This document shows, in pieces, positions 63,966 to 64,000 of a DNA stretch of 64,000 nucleotides (its first letter is position 1; every line of letters begins with the position of its first letter). The position numbers were made by a program, and so were the translations under genes. Source of the DNA: Octopus bimaculoides (Eukaryota); contig NC_068992.1 of assembly GCF_001194135.2 (NCBI RefSeq), positions 34,608,360 through 34,672,359 of the forward strand. Direction: 5' to 3'. The notes under the pieces were generated by a model that saw nothing but the letters and a program-made list of their open reading frames with translations, was not told the origin of the DNA and made no database searches.

Positions 63966-64000
<35 letters not shown>
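63400..64000. repeat. (TA/TG)n low-complexity tract with gap 63420-63519
   Basis: Direct inspection. Confidence 0.93.

Overview
AT-rich, microsatellite- and transposon-dense eukaryotic scaffold with seven N-gaps. The SINE and RTE families match, from my recall rather than any search, those of coleoid cephalopods (Octopus-like). There is no prokaryotic content and no CRISPR array. Most of the window is decayed mobile DNA: RTE, RTE-X, CR1-like and Dong/R4-like LINEs, Ty3/Gypsy pol fragments, four mariner relics, a Merlin (IS1595-like) transposase relic, many MITEs and three tRNA-derived SINE families. By manual splice-site reading I found seven short minus-strand exons (59899 to 34387) of a protein-coding gene I cannot name. 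The ORF track misses them. Except for one junction they join in phase, and one intron has a GC donor. The best second-look items are that gene, a 20.9-23.4 kb cluster with two 5S rRNA-derived copies and interleaved inverted repeats, degenerate minimal hammerhead-ribozyme folds, an RTE-X copy with a twin-priming-type 5' inversion, and a Dong/R4 element inside a (TAA)n tract. I found no convincing new biological system. All alignments were done by eye, and TE boundaries are approximate unless TSDs are given.
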